Positions 51,706 to 61,329 of a stretch of DNA of 64,000 nt are shown here, in pieces. The position numbers were made by a program, and so were the translations under genes. The notes below the pieces were generated by a model. That model saw nothing but the letters and a program-made list of their open reading frames with translations, was not told the origin of the DNA and ran no database searches. Position 1 is the first letter of the stretch. Every line of letters starts with the position of its first letter. This DNA is from an uncultured delta proteobacterium (lineage in GTDB: Bacteria > Desulfobacterota > Binatia > UBA9968), in assembly GCA_963728565.1 (NCBI GenBank), contig CAVSLC010000002.1, positions 160,001 through 224,000 on the forward strand, in the 5' to 3' direction.

Positions 51706-53085
51706 ACCGTTCCGCGGCAACATTATTTTCTGCGCTCATCGTAATCTTCCTCGCTGGCGTGCAATTCCACGCGAATCGACGTCGGTCGAGGATCCTTCAC
51801 AAGCCAATCACACGAGACTATCCGAGAATTCAGTGAGCCTCGCATTTCGTTCGAGGATCGAACTGAAGAGCTGGTTGGCCATGCAGAGAGACTCATAGCC
51901 AAGAATGAAAAAGAAGGCGCCGTACTGGATCAGCGATGGTATACGTTTAAACGCTTTGGGCAATATCAAGACACGATCTTTAGCGCATCGCAGATCGTAT
52001 TTTACGGCGGCCTCGAAGATGATGTTCGAGCAAACTTGCCAAAGCACTACGAATCTGTTGTTCCGTTGGAGAAAGATCAAGAGCCCGGCGAAATTCGATT
52101 ATTTTCCGCAAAGCACGCACCTGCACAACATGATCTTATTGTCATTGGGCAGAATGGCAGAGAGGTCGCTCTAAAGACAATCATTCGCCTGATCTACCTC
52201 GCCAGTTTTGCCGATAGCGAGCGCCAACGGAAATATCGCGACAAGCTACACTCGTTCAAAAAATCCCTCAAGGTGTTCATGTCTTCACGAAGCGCTCGGC
52301 AAGAATACATTGATTTTTTTGCTAAGCACGGCGTTAGCAGTCCCGACACGGTGATGATTGGATTTATTGGAGACACTCGCTCTCTGTTAAAGGCCGAAGG
52401 GATTCACGATCCGGAACTCTATTCAGATGAATCGCTGCGGATAAATTGGTTCAAAAACGCCAATGGTAGGAAGGTTCTGCTGGTTTCGATCGACCACAAC
52501 CGAATATATGCCAGCAGATCAGGCGAATTGATCGAGGCGATTCTTGCAATCTCCGGGACGAGTCCGCCGACGATCGTTTTTCTTGGCAGTGCAGGAGCCA
52601 TAGAAGATCCGAGTATTGTCGGTCGAATAGTCACTCCTACGATGGTGCTGAACGGAGATCCCTTCCCTGCTGTCCAGCGAAAGGGTGTTTTAGTACATCT
52701 GATTCAAAACAAAGCGGTGGCGCAAGGCAGGATTAAAACGGCCCATGCATCGGTCGAAAATGTAGTTGTCGAGACAACTCAGTGGGCCGAGGGAATGAAA
52801 AGGGATCGAGTGAGAACTGTTGACCAGGAGCTGTTTCATATTATGAAGGCGGTCAACTCAAGAGACCGCACTCAGAAGGCCGATATATATGTAGGAATTT
52901 TAGTGACAGATAACGTTTCTTCCAATGCCGATGCAAATACGGATATGACGCTGGAGCACGCTGAAGAAGCGATTGCGAAGACCGCTAGTACCCGAAGAGA
53001 GTTCCTGAGAAGCATTTTAACCGAGCTCCGATTGTTAAAGCGAAATGACATCAAGAGTCCTCAGCAAAGGGCGATAGGCTACTAA
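51702..53085 (+). CDS. Putative secreted nucleoside-phosphorylase (NP-I) fold protein (5' part frameshifted)
   Basis: ATG at 51702 overlaps the FGE stop and begins a signal-like peptide. From 52036 the ORF has IVFLGSAGAI, G.IV.P, VVET, VDQE, LVTD. Confidence 0.6.
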
Positions 53086-53283
53086 ACCGATAACGTGACA
53101 ATGTGGACGCCAGCGGTTACGGCTGGATAGACTGCCTCGCGCGGCAGTATGGTAGAGCCAGCCTAACGAAAAATTTTTGGAGCATAAGTTCTGATACTTT
53201 GCGGTATGGCATCAAAGCGAAACGAACTAAGCTCTCCCCGTAGGTATGAGTAAGGTGCAATTCCCAGAGCAGTTTTGCTGCGG

Positions 53284-54372
53284 CTATTTTTCTTCGAATT
53301 CTCTTAGCGCGTCCCAACGCGGTTCCAATCCTAAACCGGATGTTTCCGGCAGCATAACCCAGCCTTGATCCGGGGCTGGCGGCTCTTTGTAGATCTTGTC
53401 GCCGATACCCCACATTTCAAGATGAAACTCGACACGCCAGCCGTTCGACATCGCCGCCTGCAGATGCATGTTGTGGTGCGGCCAACCACCGCCGTTAGCG
53501 ATGGGCAAATTAAACGCTTGTGCCAGCGCAGCGACCTTCACTGCTTCAGTATAACCGCCCACCGAACAAACGTTGGGCTGCGCGATGTCGACACCACGAT
53601 TGACAATCAGTTCTCGATGACGATATCGATGACCTTCGTTTTGTCCGGCAGCGATCGGGATCGATGTATGCCGGCGCAAGTCGGCGAGCAGCAGGGCATC
53701 ATTCTGATAAACCGGTTCTTCAAACCAGGTGATGTTATAGGGCTCAACCAGCTTGCAAAGCTCGAGCGCGCGATTCAATGAAAAAAGATAATTGGCATCG
53801 ATCATCAATTCCACTTCATCTCCAACCGCTTGACGCACAGCGCGCACGCGCGCCGCATCGACACCGGGATTTTCGGGATCGACGGCAACGACCATTTTGA
53901 GTCGCTTCTCCCCTTGGGCAACTACCCGCTTGGCCACCTCGATCAACTGTTCTGTGCTGTATTGCTTCAGGCCGAAAGTTACGTACGACTGCACTGGATT
54001 ACGGGCGCCGCCAAGCAAGCGCCAGACCGGCTCGTTATACTTTTTCCCTTTGATGTCCCAAAGGGCAATGTCGATGGCGCTTACTGCCGAGCTCCACATG
54101 CCGGTTTGTCCGCGTGGATTGAAAGCGGTGTAGAGCTGATGCCAAACGCGTTCGGTTTCCAATGGATTCTTGTCGCGCAGGAATGGCGCGAGCTCGCGAT
54201 TGACGAATTCTCTAAGCCCAAATCGTTGCGCGCCGCGCGTAAGACCATAACCGGTTATGCCCTCGTCGGTTTCGATCGTGGCGAAAAGCACCGAGGTAGT
54301 GATTTTCTCCGACAGCAGCGGCACTTCGACAGGAACTCGATGTAACGTTGCTTTGACCTCGGTGATTCTCAG
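53284..54372 (-). CDS. Mandelate racemase/muconate lactonizing enzyme family (enolase superfamily)
   Basis: TDEG.TGYG, SAIDIALWDI.GK, K.LKM, LMIDAN, WFEEP. The frame extends to CTG at 54372. Confidence 0.92.
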   Translation of the reverse strand: MRITEVKATLHRVPVEVPLLSEKITTSVLFATIETDEGITGYGLTRGAQRFGLREFVNRELAPFLRDKNPLETERVWHQLYTAFNPRGQTGMWSSAVSAIDIALWDIKGKKYNEPVWRLLGGARNPVQSYVTFGLKQYSTEQLIEVAKRVVAQGEKRLKMVVAVDPENPGVDAARVRAVRQAVGDEVELMIDANYLFSLNRALELCKLVEPYNITWFEEPVYQNDALLLADLRRHTSIPIAAGQNEGHRYRHRELIVNRGVDIAQPNVCSVGGYTEAVKVAALAQAFNLPIANGGGWPHHNMHLQAAMSNGWRVEFHLEMWGIGDKIYKEPPAPDQGWVMLPETSGLGLEPRWDALREFEEK

Positions 54373-54842
54373 ATCGTGCCTCGAATGTGTCGGTTAATCC
54401 GTGAAAGAAAAAGTTCTTCGTGAAATCCGCTCTCAATACAATGACGGTTCGTCATGGTTAGCGGTACAGCGCCGTTCATCGGTTGTCAAATGTGAATCGC
54501 GATCCCGAGATTGATAAACATATCGCTCGCGCACACGGGGCTCCTGCTATTCCGCAAGACTTCGATTTTGATTGGTTCAATCCTGTCGATGAGAAATTTC
54601 CAAGATTAGAGCCGCTCAGCGCCGCCGGTCCTGTGTACAAATCTAGCTTGCCGGCGACATTTGTGGAGCGTCTGGCAAACTTGCGAGCGCCACGTTTTTC
54701 GAACAGCTTAAGCGGGCTTGTCTGAGCTTTCTCTAAGTAACGCGACCTCACGCTCCCGAAAGTCTTTGTGCGTGCCTCAGCCGAGCCGAGTCCGCGAACG
54801 GTGTGGCGTCCCGGGACGCCCAACTGTCCTGCAATTGACAGC

Positions 54843-54857
54843 TGGCACCTCCATTGC
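54843..54857 (+). promoter_or_regulatory. sigma54 -24/-12 promoter
   Basis: TGGCAC-CTCCA-TTGC matches the consensus, 77 nt before the bactofilin start. Confidence 0.7.
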
Positions 54858-54934
54858 GTCGGTTTGGAAAAGTTTTGGCTCCAAACTTCAGTTCATAATT
54901 GTCGTGCGCTGTCATCAAACATTAAGGAGGTTCT

Positions 54935-55438
54935 ATGGCACTTTGGAATCAACCCATGCAAGAGGATAACGGTGAGAAGCCGCATGTCGAGCACACTCCG
55001 CCCATCGCCCCGGTAACCCCGAGCCATGCGCCGCGTGAACATACCTCCAAGGATCGTCGCGAATCCGTATTTGGACCCGGCGTTGCGATCGAGGGAAAGA
55101 TCGAAGGTGATGCCGACCTGCGCATTGCCGGCAAGTTCAAAGGCGATATTCAAGTCAAAGGCGACGTGAATATCGAAAGGGGCGCGCATCTGTCGGCGAA
55201 AATCAGCGCGGTAACCGTTACCATAGCCGGCGAGGTGGAAGGCAATGTGGTCGCTAGCGCGCAGGTGAAGCTGCTGGAATCCGGTCAGCTAATCGGCGAC
55301 CTGAAAGCGACCACGTTAACCGTGGCAGCCGGTTCGCGGATGCGCGGCCATGTAGAATTCGGCTGGAGCGAAGCACAGGCGGCAAAGTTTGTTAATGGCC
55401 GAGCTCATGAGAACGCAAAAAATGGAACCAATCAATGA
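54935..55438 (+). CDS. Bactofilin (polymer-forming cytoskeletal protein)
   Basis: S.FG.G..IEG.I.G...LRI.G.F.G.I, V.I.G.VEGNV.A...V.L..SG.L.GD; AAGGAGG RBS. Confidence 0.92.
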   Translation: MALWNQPMQEDNGEKPHVEHTPPIAPVTPSHAPREHTSKDRRESVFGPGVAIEGKIEGDADLRIAGKFKGDIQVKGDVNIERGAHLSAKISAVTVTIAGEVEGNVVASAQVKLLESGQLIGDLKATTLTVAAGSRMRGHVEFGWSEAQAAKFVNGRAHENAKNGTNQ

Positions 55439-55791
55439 AAGCGGGACGTCTCTCAGCTGCGGGAGAATCCCGCAGCTGCCCGCATTGCAAAGCTACGATC
55501 CTGAAAAGTTCGGTGTCGTGCCCGCTTTGCCGACACGTCCTCAAGTTCGGCTCCGCCGCTGCAGAAGCATCTTCCAATCCTACGGAGTGCCCGCTTTCAG
55601 TCGAAGGTACGATCAATCACCCAGGCTCAGGCGAGGCGCTTGAATACTTCATCTTGATGGAAGTTCGTGATGAATCCGGCAAATTGATTTCCCGGCAGAG
55701 TCTCGGTGTCGGAGCGATCGATAAGGCGCAAAAACGCATCTTTACTCTGAGGGTGGAGATGTCTTCGACAGGCATGCCGCCGCCCGCGTGA
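55435..55791 (+). CDS. Zinc-ribbon + FxLYD-like domain protein
   Basis: CPHC-x9-CPLC, then VEGTI.H...EVRDESG..I...F; ATGA overlap with bactofilin. Confidence 0.7.
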   Translation: MKAGRLSAAGESRSCPHCKATILKSSVSCPLCRHVLKFGSAAAEASSNPTECPLSVEGTINHPGSGEALEYFILMEVRDESGKLISRQSLGVGAIDKAQKRIFTLRVEMSSTGMPPPA

Positions 55792-55890
55792 CAACGAGAG
55801 ATCTCTCGGTGCTCGACTACGCTACCACGACAATCTGAAGTTCGTTCGAACTATTGAGCGGCCTTGGAAGCGGATTGGTTTACGGCCGGC

Positions 55891-56865
55891 TCACGCGGCC
55901 GATGCGATTCGCTTTATTGGTAGCTGTTCTGCAAGATCGTAAGCTTTAGCCGGTACCGGCTTTAAGTCCCAGATCAGTCCAACCCACGACATAAGCTTCA
56001 AAACATAGTACGTGAGGTCGATTTCCCACCAGTAGAATCCCTGTCGGGTACAACCCATATGCTGATGATGGTTGTTGTGCCAACCTTCTCCAAGTGTAAT
56101 CAATGCTAGTAGGAAGTTATTTCGGCTTTGATCTTTGGTGTCGTATCGACGGCTGCCAATCAGATGCGCGATGGAATTGATGCTGGCGGTGGCATGAAAC
56201 AACACCGTGGTGCTTACCACGAATCCCCAAACGAACAATTGAAGGCCAGTGACACCCAGGGAGGGGGCTGATCGCTCCAGCCAAGCGCCGGTTATGTAGA
56301 GAGCGAATCCCAACGCAAATGGAACCGCTTTGTCGTAACGATTCAACCAGACCAGTTCAGGAAACCGCGCAAAGTCCTGGATCCGTTTGTATTGAGTCGC
56401 ATAGTAGCGGTTGCACATGAACCAGCCAGCGTGCGAGCGGAGAAAACCATACTGAATCGGAGAGTGTGGATCGGCTTGCAAATCTGACTCGCGATGATGG
56501 TTCCTATGATGCGCCGCCCACCAAAGAGGGCCCCGTTGCGCCGACGAGGCACCGAGAACAGCAAACGCGAACTGCGCCCAACGCGAAGTGCGAAAAGTTC
56601 TATGTGCGAAATAGCGGTGGTAAATGCCGGTTATGGCGAACATTCGAACCAGGTACATGACGACCGCGGTTTGCACCGCAACAGAACTCCAGCCGACCCA
56701 GAACACCGCCAAACAACCAAAGTGTAAGATAACAAACGGCAGGGTTCGGAGCCAGTTGATTCGGTCGACATCGCCACCATCGTTAACCTCAGCTGGGCCG
56801 AAATGCTCAGAATCAAACCACTGGACGAACGTGCGAGCTACATGAGTTAAGTCTGACGTTTTCAT
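55891..56865 (-). CDS. Acyl-CoA (delta-9) fatty acid desaturase
   Basis: His boxes HRYFAH, HRNHH, GEGWHNNHH; WWEID. Confidence 0.93.
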   Translation of the reverse strand: MKTSDLTHVARTFVQWFDSEHFGPAEVNDGGDVDRINWLRTLPFVILHFGCLAVFWVGWSSVAVQTAVVMYLVRMFAITGIYHRYFAHRTFRTSRWAQFAFAVLGASSAQRGPLWWAAHHRNHHRESDLQADPHSPIQYGFLRSHAGWFMCNRYYATQYKRIQDFARFPELVWLNRYDKAVPFALGFALYITGAWLERSAPSLGVTGLQLFVWGFVVSTTVLFHATASINSIAHLIGSRRYDTKDQSRNNFLLALITLGEGWHNNHHQHMGCTRQGFYWWEIDLTYYVLKLMSWVGLIWDLKPVPAKAYDLAEQLPIKRIASAA

Positions 56866-57413
56866 GAATCGAATATTTTTAGCATGAGCCGGTGAAAGCT
56901 TCAATCTTTTGCCCGGAAAATGACGCATTGTTGTGGAAATTTCGGAGACTGCGGAGTATCTTTCCGACGCGTTGTGATGTCAAATTTGGCAGTCGCTGGG
57001 ATTGGCACTCAGTTTCGATCTCTTTGACGATGAAGTTGGCGCTTGCCAACGCCGCGAGGCACCGCGCTTTCGGCTCGCCGTGCCGGTGCGGCGGTTAGTT
57101 GATAGATTTGCTTTCAACTGGGGATCGATCCGCGAGAGTCGATTCCGGCAGCAGGGTAGCGACTAAGGTTTCAAGCGCTGGTATGTCGAACGAGGCATGG
57201 CGCCCGAGCAGTTGGAAAAGCAAGTGCCCGCCGGGAGACGGCGCTTTGAAAACTCGCGCGAAAATAAACTGGCCTCGTCTCAGCGGCTGGCCAGTGTCAA
57301 TTAGTAGATCAGCTAATTAATTAGCGATAGATTTCTTGACGGGTCGGTTTGCGGCGGTGTAGTTGTGATCTGCCTGGTCTTAGGTGAAGTACATCGATTT
57401 CAAGGAGGCGTAA

Positions 57414-57788
57414 ATGCGTGTACTCAAAATTGCCGAGTTACCGGAAAAGCCGATGAACGCAGCGACACCTGTCCCGGGATGGTCGGGAGGAGAGGTGAGC
57501 CGCACGCGTCAAGCAATTATTGGCGAAGCTGATTCCGACAATTTTCGATGTAACGTCGTGAACTTCCGGCAGGGCGCTACCACCGGGTGGCACACTCATG
57601 ATTGCGATCAGATTCTGGTGGTAACTGCGGGACGGGGTTCGATAGCAAACGAAAAAGAGCAGCGTGAGATCACCGTTGGTGATGTCGTGCACATCACGGC
57701 GGGTGAACGGCACTGGCATGGCGCCACGGCAGATACACCGATGTCACATATTACGGTCACGACAGCCGGCAGTCAGTCCAAACATTGA
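57414..57788 (+). CDS. Cupin domain protein
   Basis: V.F..GA.T.WHTH...Q.L.VT.G, GDVV.I.AGE.HWHGA; AAGGAGG RBS. Confidence 0.9.
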   Translation: MRVLKIAELPEKPMNAATPVPGWSGGEVSRTRQAIIGEADSDNFRCNVVNFRQGATTGWHTHDCDQILVVTAGRGSIANEKEQREITVGDVVHITAGERHWHGATADTPMSHITVTTAGSQSKH

Positions 57789-57994
57789 TTCGGCTGCATC
57801 GCACGGATGCGCTGAATACGATCACGTTGATTGCGAGCGCGCGCATTATCCAGACTGGACAGTTTCCGATCGCGGTAAAACTGCTGCCTCAGCGGAGCTG
57901 ACGTTACGCCACCAACGGAAATATTTCTTGTCCCGGAGTGTTTGCAGCGATTGGATCGCTCTTAGAACCTGGCAGCCGTTCTGTTTGATCTTGT

Positions 57995-59215
57995 TTGATA
58001 GTGAATTTGCTTCCCCGGCCTTATCACGTGCCTCTTGCCGCTCCGTTCTGGAGTGGCGCGACCTTCCGGGCAATCGTTCGTTGCCTTCTCTCGGGCCAGG
58101 TTATCGTCGGGCCGGACCTTGCCGAGCTGAAATCTTGGATCACGCAAGAAGTAGACGTCCAAAATGCCATTCTGTGCGGCTCCGGTAGCCTCGCCCTCGA
58201 ACTTGCGTTGCGATCCTGTGACGTGAAATCGGGCGATGAAGTGGTGGTTCCGGCGTTTTGCTGCACAAGCATTATCTCACCTATCTTAGCAGTCGGCGCC
58301 TACCCCGTGCTGGCCGATGTCGGAGATGACCTCAATCTCACGGCAGCGACGGTCGAGCCGGCATTGAGTAAAAGGACCCGAGCGATTATCGTGCCGCATC
58401 TTTTTGGTAATCCTGTGGAAATAGATTCCATTATCGATCTGACACGCGGACGAGACATCCGGGTCATCGACGACGCCGCCCAGGCGCTGGGCGCGAGCTT
58501 AGATGGCCGGAAGCTAGGGACGTTCGGCGATGCTGGGATTTTAAGTTTCGGCAACGAGAAGATTTGCTCTGGCCTCGGTGGCGGGGTGTTTGTCTCGCGA
58601 CACGGAGAAGTCCTTGAACGCGGTGCTGAATTCGCTTTAGCTGCAGCCGATTTTTCTGCCGCGCTGCGAAATCTTTCATCGTCGCTGATCTGGCATCGGT
58701 GGAGGCGCTGGTCGGTTCCGCTCCATGAAGCTTTATCCGATGCGGCAGCTACAGATCATCAGTCATTGCCGGCGCAGTATCGAAAAGAATCCATGTCCAA
58801 TCTCAACGCCGCGGTCGCTTTGAGTCTGATAAAAAGCTTGCAAGACAATTTAGTCGCGCGCCGATTGCGCGTTCGCGCCTATCAAGGATTGCTGGGAAAT
58901 GAACCTTTGATATTGGTGCCGCACCGAGCAGGCTCTGCCTGCCTAACCCAAGTCATTCGAATCAGGCCTAAATATCCGGGCCACGATCCAGCCTCAGATC
59001 TGATTGCCTCCCTCCGCGGCGCCGGTTTCGAAGTTCAAGGTAGTTATATCCCGATCCACCTGCTGGAGCCTTACCGGCAGGTGGCGGTGCGATCCTTTCC
59101 TCATGCTGAGAAAATCTGGGCGAATCTGATTGAGCTGCCTTGCGAGCCCGACGTCAGCTTGGAACACGTAGAGCGAATCGCTTCGATCGTGAAGCAAACG
59201 ATCAGGTGTTCATGA
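57995..59215 (+). CDS. DegT/DnrJ/EryC1/StrS family PLP aminotransferase
   Basis: SGS.AL..AL, GDEVVVP, PVLAD, IIVPHLFG.P, IDDAAQA.G, SFG..K. The start is uncertain. Confidence 0.85.
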   Translation: MIVNLLPRPYHVPLAAPFWSGATFRAIVRCLLSGQVIVGPDLAELKSWITQEVDVQNAILCGSGSLALELALRSCDVKSGDEVVVPAFCCTSIISPILAVGAYPVLADVGDDLNLTAATVEPALSKRTRAIIVPHLFGNPVEIDSIIDLTRGRDIRVIDDAAQALGASLDGRKLGTFGDAGILSFGNEKICSGLGGGVFVSRHGEVLERGAEFALAAADFSAALRNLSSSLIWHRWRRWSVPLHEALSDAAATDHQSLPAQYRKESMSNLNAAVALSLIKSLQDNLVARRLRVRAYQGLLGNEPLILVPHRAGSACLTQVIRIRPKYPGHDPASDLIASLRGAGFEVQGSYIPIHLLEPYRQVAVRSFPHAEKIWANLIELPCEPDVSLEHVERIASIVKQTIRCS

Positions 59216-59293
59216 TGGGAGACGACTGGAAGATTTCGTTGACAAAATGCGCCCGAGGCTTCTAGAGTCGGGTTCATCGAAGTTACGGAGGCG

Positions 59294-60025
59294 ATGACCA
59301 TGGCAGACTACATCCTTAAGCAAAGAGACGCGGACGTGACCACCCTTATCTTGAACCGGCCTGATATCGGCAACCGGCAGGACGATGCGACTTTGGCTCA
59401 GCTGGCTCAGATGATCGACAGTGCCGCGAAGGAGTCGCGGCTGATCTTATTTAAAGGCGCGGGCGAGGACTTTTGCCTGGGCCGAGAAGCGATGGGCAAA
59501 CCCGGTCCGGCGCTTGAAGCTTATCAGATGCGCGAGAGAGCCGATACGATCTTCGATTTGTACGACGCGTTTCGGCGTTCTAAAGTGCCGATCATCGGCG
59601 TTATTCAAGGCCGCGCCGCAGGATTGGGCTGTGCGCTGGCGGCTTTATGCGATATTACCATTGCCAGCGACAAGGCTCGATTTCAGCTACCGGAGATGGC
59701 GCACAATATCATGCCGACGATCGCGATGTCGGGGCTCGTCGACCGCGTGCCGCGCAAAGCGGCGACTTACCTGATCTATTCAACCCAGGAGATCGATGCC
59801 AATAAGGCCCTTATGTTCGGCATCGTCAGCGATGTCGTGCCGGCCGCGGAACTCGATGCGGCAGTGGGCAAATTACTGGAGCGGCTGAAGCAGACGCCGC
59901 TCCCCGCTTTGATGGCGGTCAAAGAGTATGGCCGATCTGCTTTCAATATGAATACCCAGGCGGCCACTGACTTCGCCCGCAATCTTCACGCTACGATTAA
60001 TACCTTTTCGGGAATGAAGCCGTAA
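59294..60025 (+). CDS. Enoyl-CoA hydratase/isomerase family protein
   Basis: L.LNRP..GN, G.G.DFC.G, G.AAG.G..LA..CD, F.LPE. Confidence 0.9.
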   Translation: MTMADYILKQRDADVTTLILNRPDIGNRQDDATLAQLAQMIDSAAKESRLILFKGAGEDFCLGREAMGKPGPALEAYQMRERADTIFDLYDAFRRSKVPIIGVIQGRAAGLGCALAALCDITIASDKARFQLPEMAHNIMPTIAMSGLVDRVPRKAATYLIYSTQEIDANKALMFGIVSDVVPAAELDAAVGKLLERLKQTPLPALMAVKEYGRSAFNMNTQAATDFARNLHATINTFSGMKP

Positions 60026-60233
60026 CCCCAGACGGCTGATAAGGCACGGGTTCGGAACCTTGTCCGGCAACTCAGAGCTCTCATGATGAGAGTCGTTTAC
60101 GGGCTCAAGCACGCGTGCACTCCGGCGACGCAACCAACAATCTCATCATGTCACCTAAGCAGAAACAAATTCTTCATTTGACACATCGTCCCGCCATCAA
60201 ATATTCTCGCGCAGCTCTCGCGCAGGAGGTTTT

Positions 60234-61295
60234 GTGAAGCGTCCTAGTCCAAAAGTTTTCCCAGTGCTTGTTCTAACCGCCGTCGTTGGCGGCGCTGCCA
60301 CTGTTTGATTCTGCTCTGTATTGGCACAAGCTGATTTTTACAAAGGCAAAACCATCCGCATCATGGTCGGATCGACGCCGGGAAGTTTTTATGACCTGTG
60401 GGGACGCCTGCTCGCGCGCTATTGGGGCAAACAGATTCCCGGTAATCCTGAAGTGATCGTGCAAAACATGCCGGGCGCTGGTTCTTTAACCGCGACTAAC
60501 TATGTGTATGCGGTGGCTAAACCGGATGGGTTAACCATGGTGTTGCCGAATAACAGCATCTACATCGAGCAACTGGTCGAGCGCAAGGAAGTGCAGTTCG
60601 ACTTGCGAAAGTTTCACTGGATTGGTTCGGCATCGCAGGATTCTATCATTTTCTACATGCGCGCCGACACGCCGTTCAAGACCATCGGCGATATTGTCAA
60701 AGCCAAACAGCCGCCCAGTTGCGGCGGTTCCGGTACAACAAGTTCCGATTACTTGGTTGCAAAAATTCTGGAACTAACTCTAGGCGCGAACATCAATTCG
60801 GTCTTAGGCTATCCGGGCGGCAATGAGGCGGATTTGGCGGTGGAGAAAGGTGAGATCGTTTGCCGCGCCCATACCTTAGCGGCCCATTTCGGCCGCGAGC
60901 CCTTCAATAGCTGGCACAAGAAGGGTTTCGACCGCCACTTACTGCAAACCGGACGCAAACGGGATCCGCGCGCCGCGGAAGCGCCGACGATCTACGAGAT
61001 CCTCGAGGAATTTAAAGTTCCTGGCAACAATCGCCGCATCGTCCAAGCCATGTTGTCCGGCGGTGAGTTCGGCCGGCCGTTCTTGGTGACACCGGGCACG
61101 CCGCCGGAGCGGGTGAAGATTCTCCGTGAATCTTTCGTCAAGGCCTTGAAAGATCCAGAACTTTTAGACGATGCCAAAAAAGCCAAGATGGAAGTCGATT
61201 ATACCTCCGGCGAGGAATTGGAAGCTTTGATCAAGGAAGTGTTGGATCAACCGCCCGAAATCGTGCAGCAGGTAAGAAAATTTATGGCCAAGTAA
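60234..61295 (+). CDS. TTT substrate-binding protein (Bug/TctC); in-frame stop in the signal peptide, probably from compensating indels
   Basis: AGGAGG + GTG at 60234; FYKGKTI.I.VG, VQNMPGAG, KPDGLT. Confidence 0.88.
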
Positions 61296-61329
61296 TCCCG
61301 GCAAAGCAGAGGTGCGTGACGAAAAGATC

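Noticed and set aside
53180-53234. Hammerhead-like CTGATA-stem-CGAAAC in a convergent intergenic region
   Set aside because: The core lacks CUGANGA, and no stem I or NUH cleavage site can be formed; it is only a generic hairpin.
54483-54725. 80-aa ORF upstream of the bactofilin promoter
   Set aside because: TTG start, no RBS and no recognisable motif; it cannot be supported.
56930-57320. Possible gene or sigma54 box (TTGGCAC-TCAGT-TTCG near 57002)
   Set aside because: The -12 element is mismatched and no credible ORF follows.
60306-60308. TGA readthrough or selenocysteine in TctC
   Set aside because: It lies in a signal peptide with no catalytic context; compensating indel errors explain it better.
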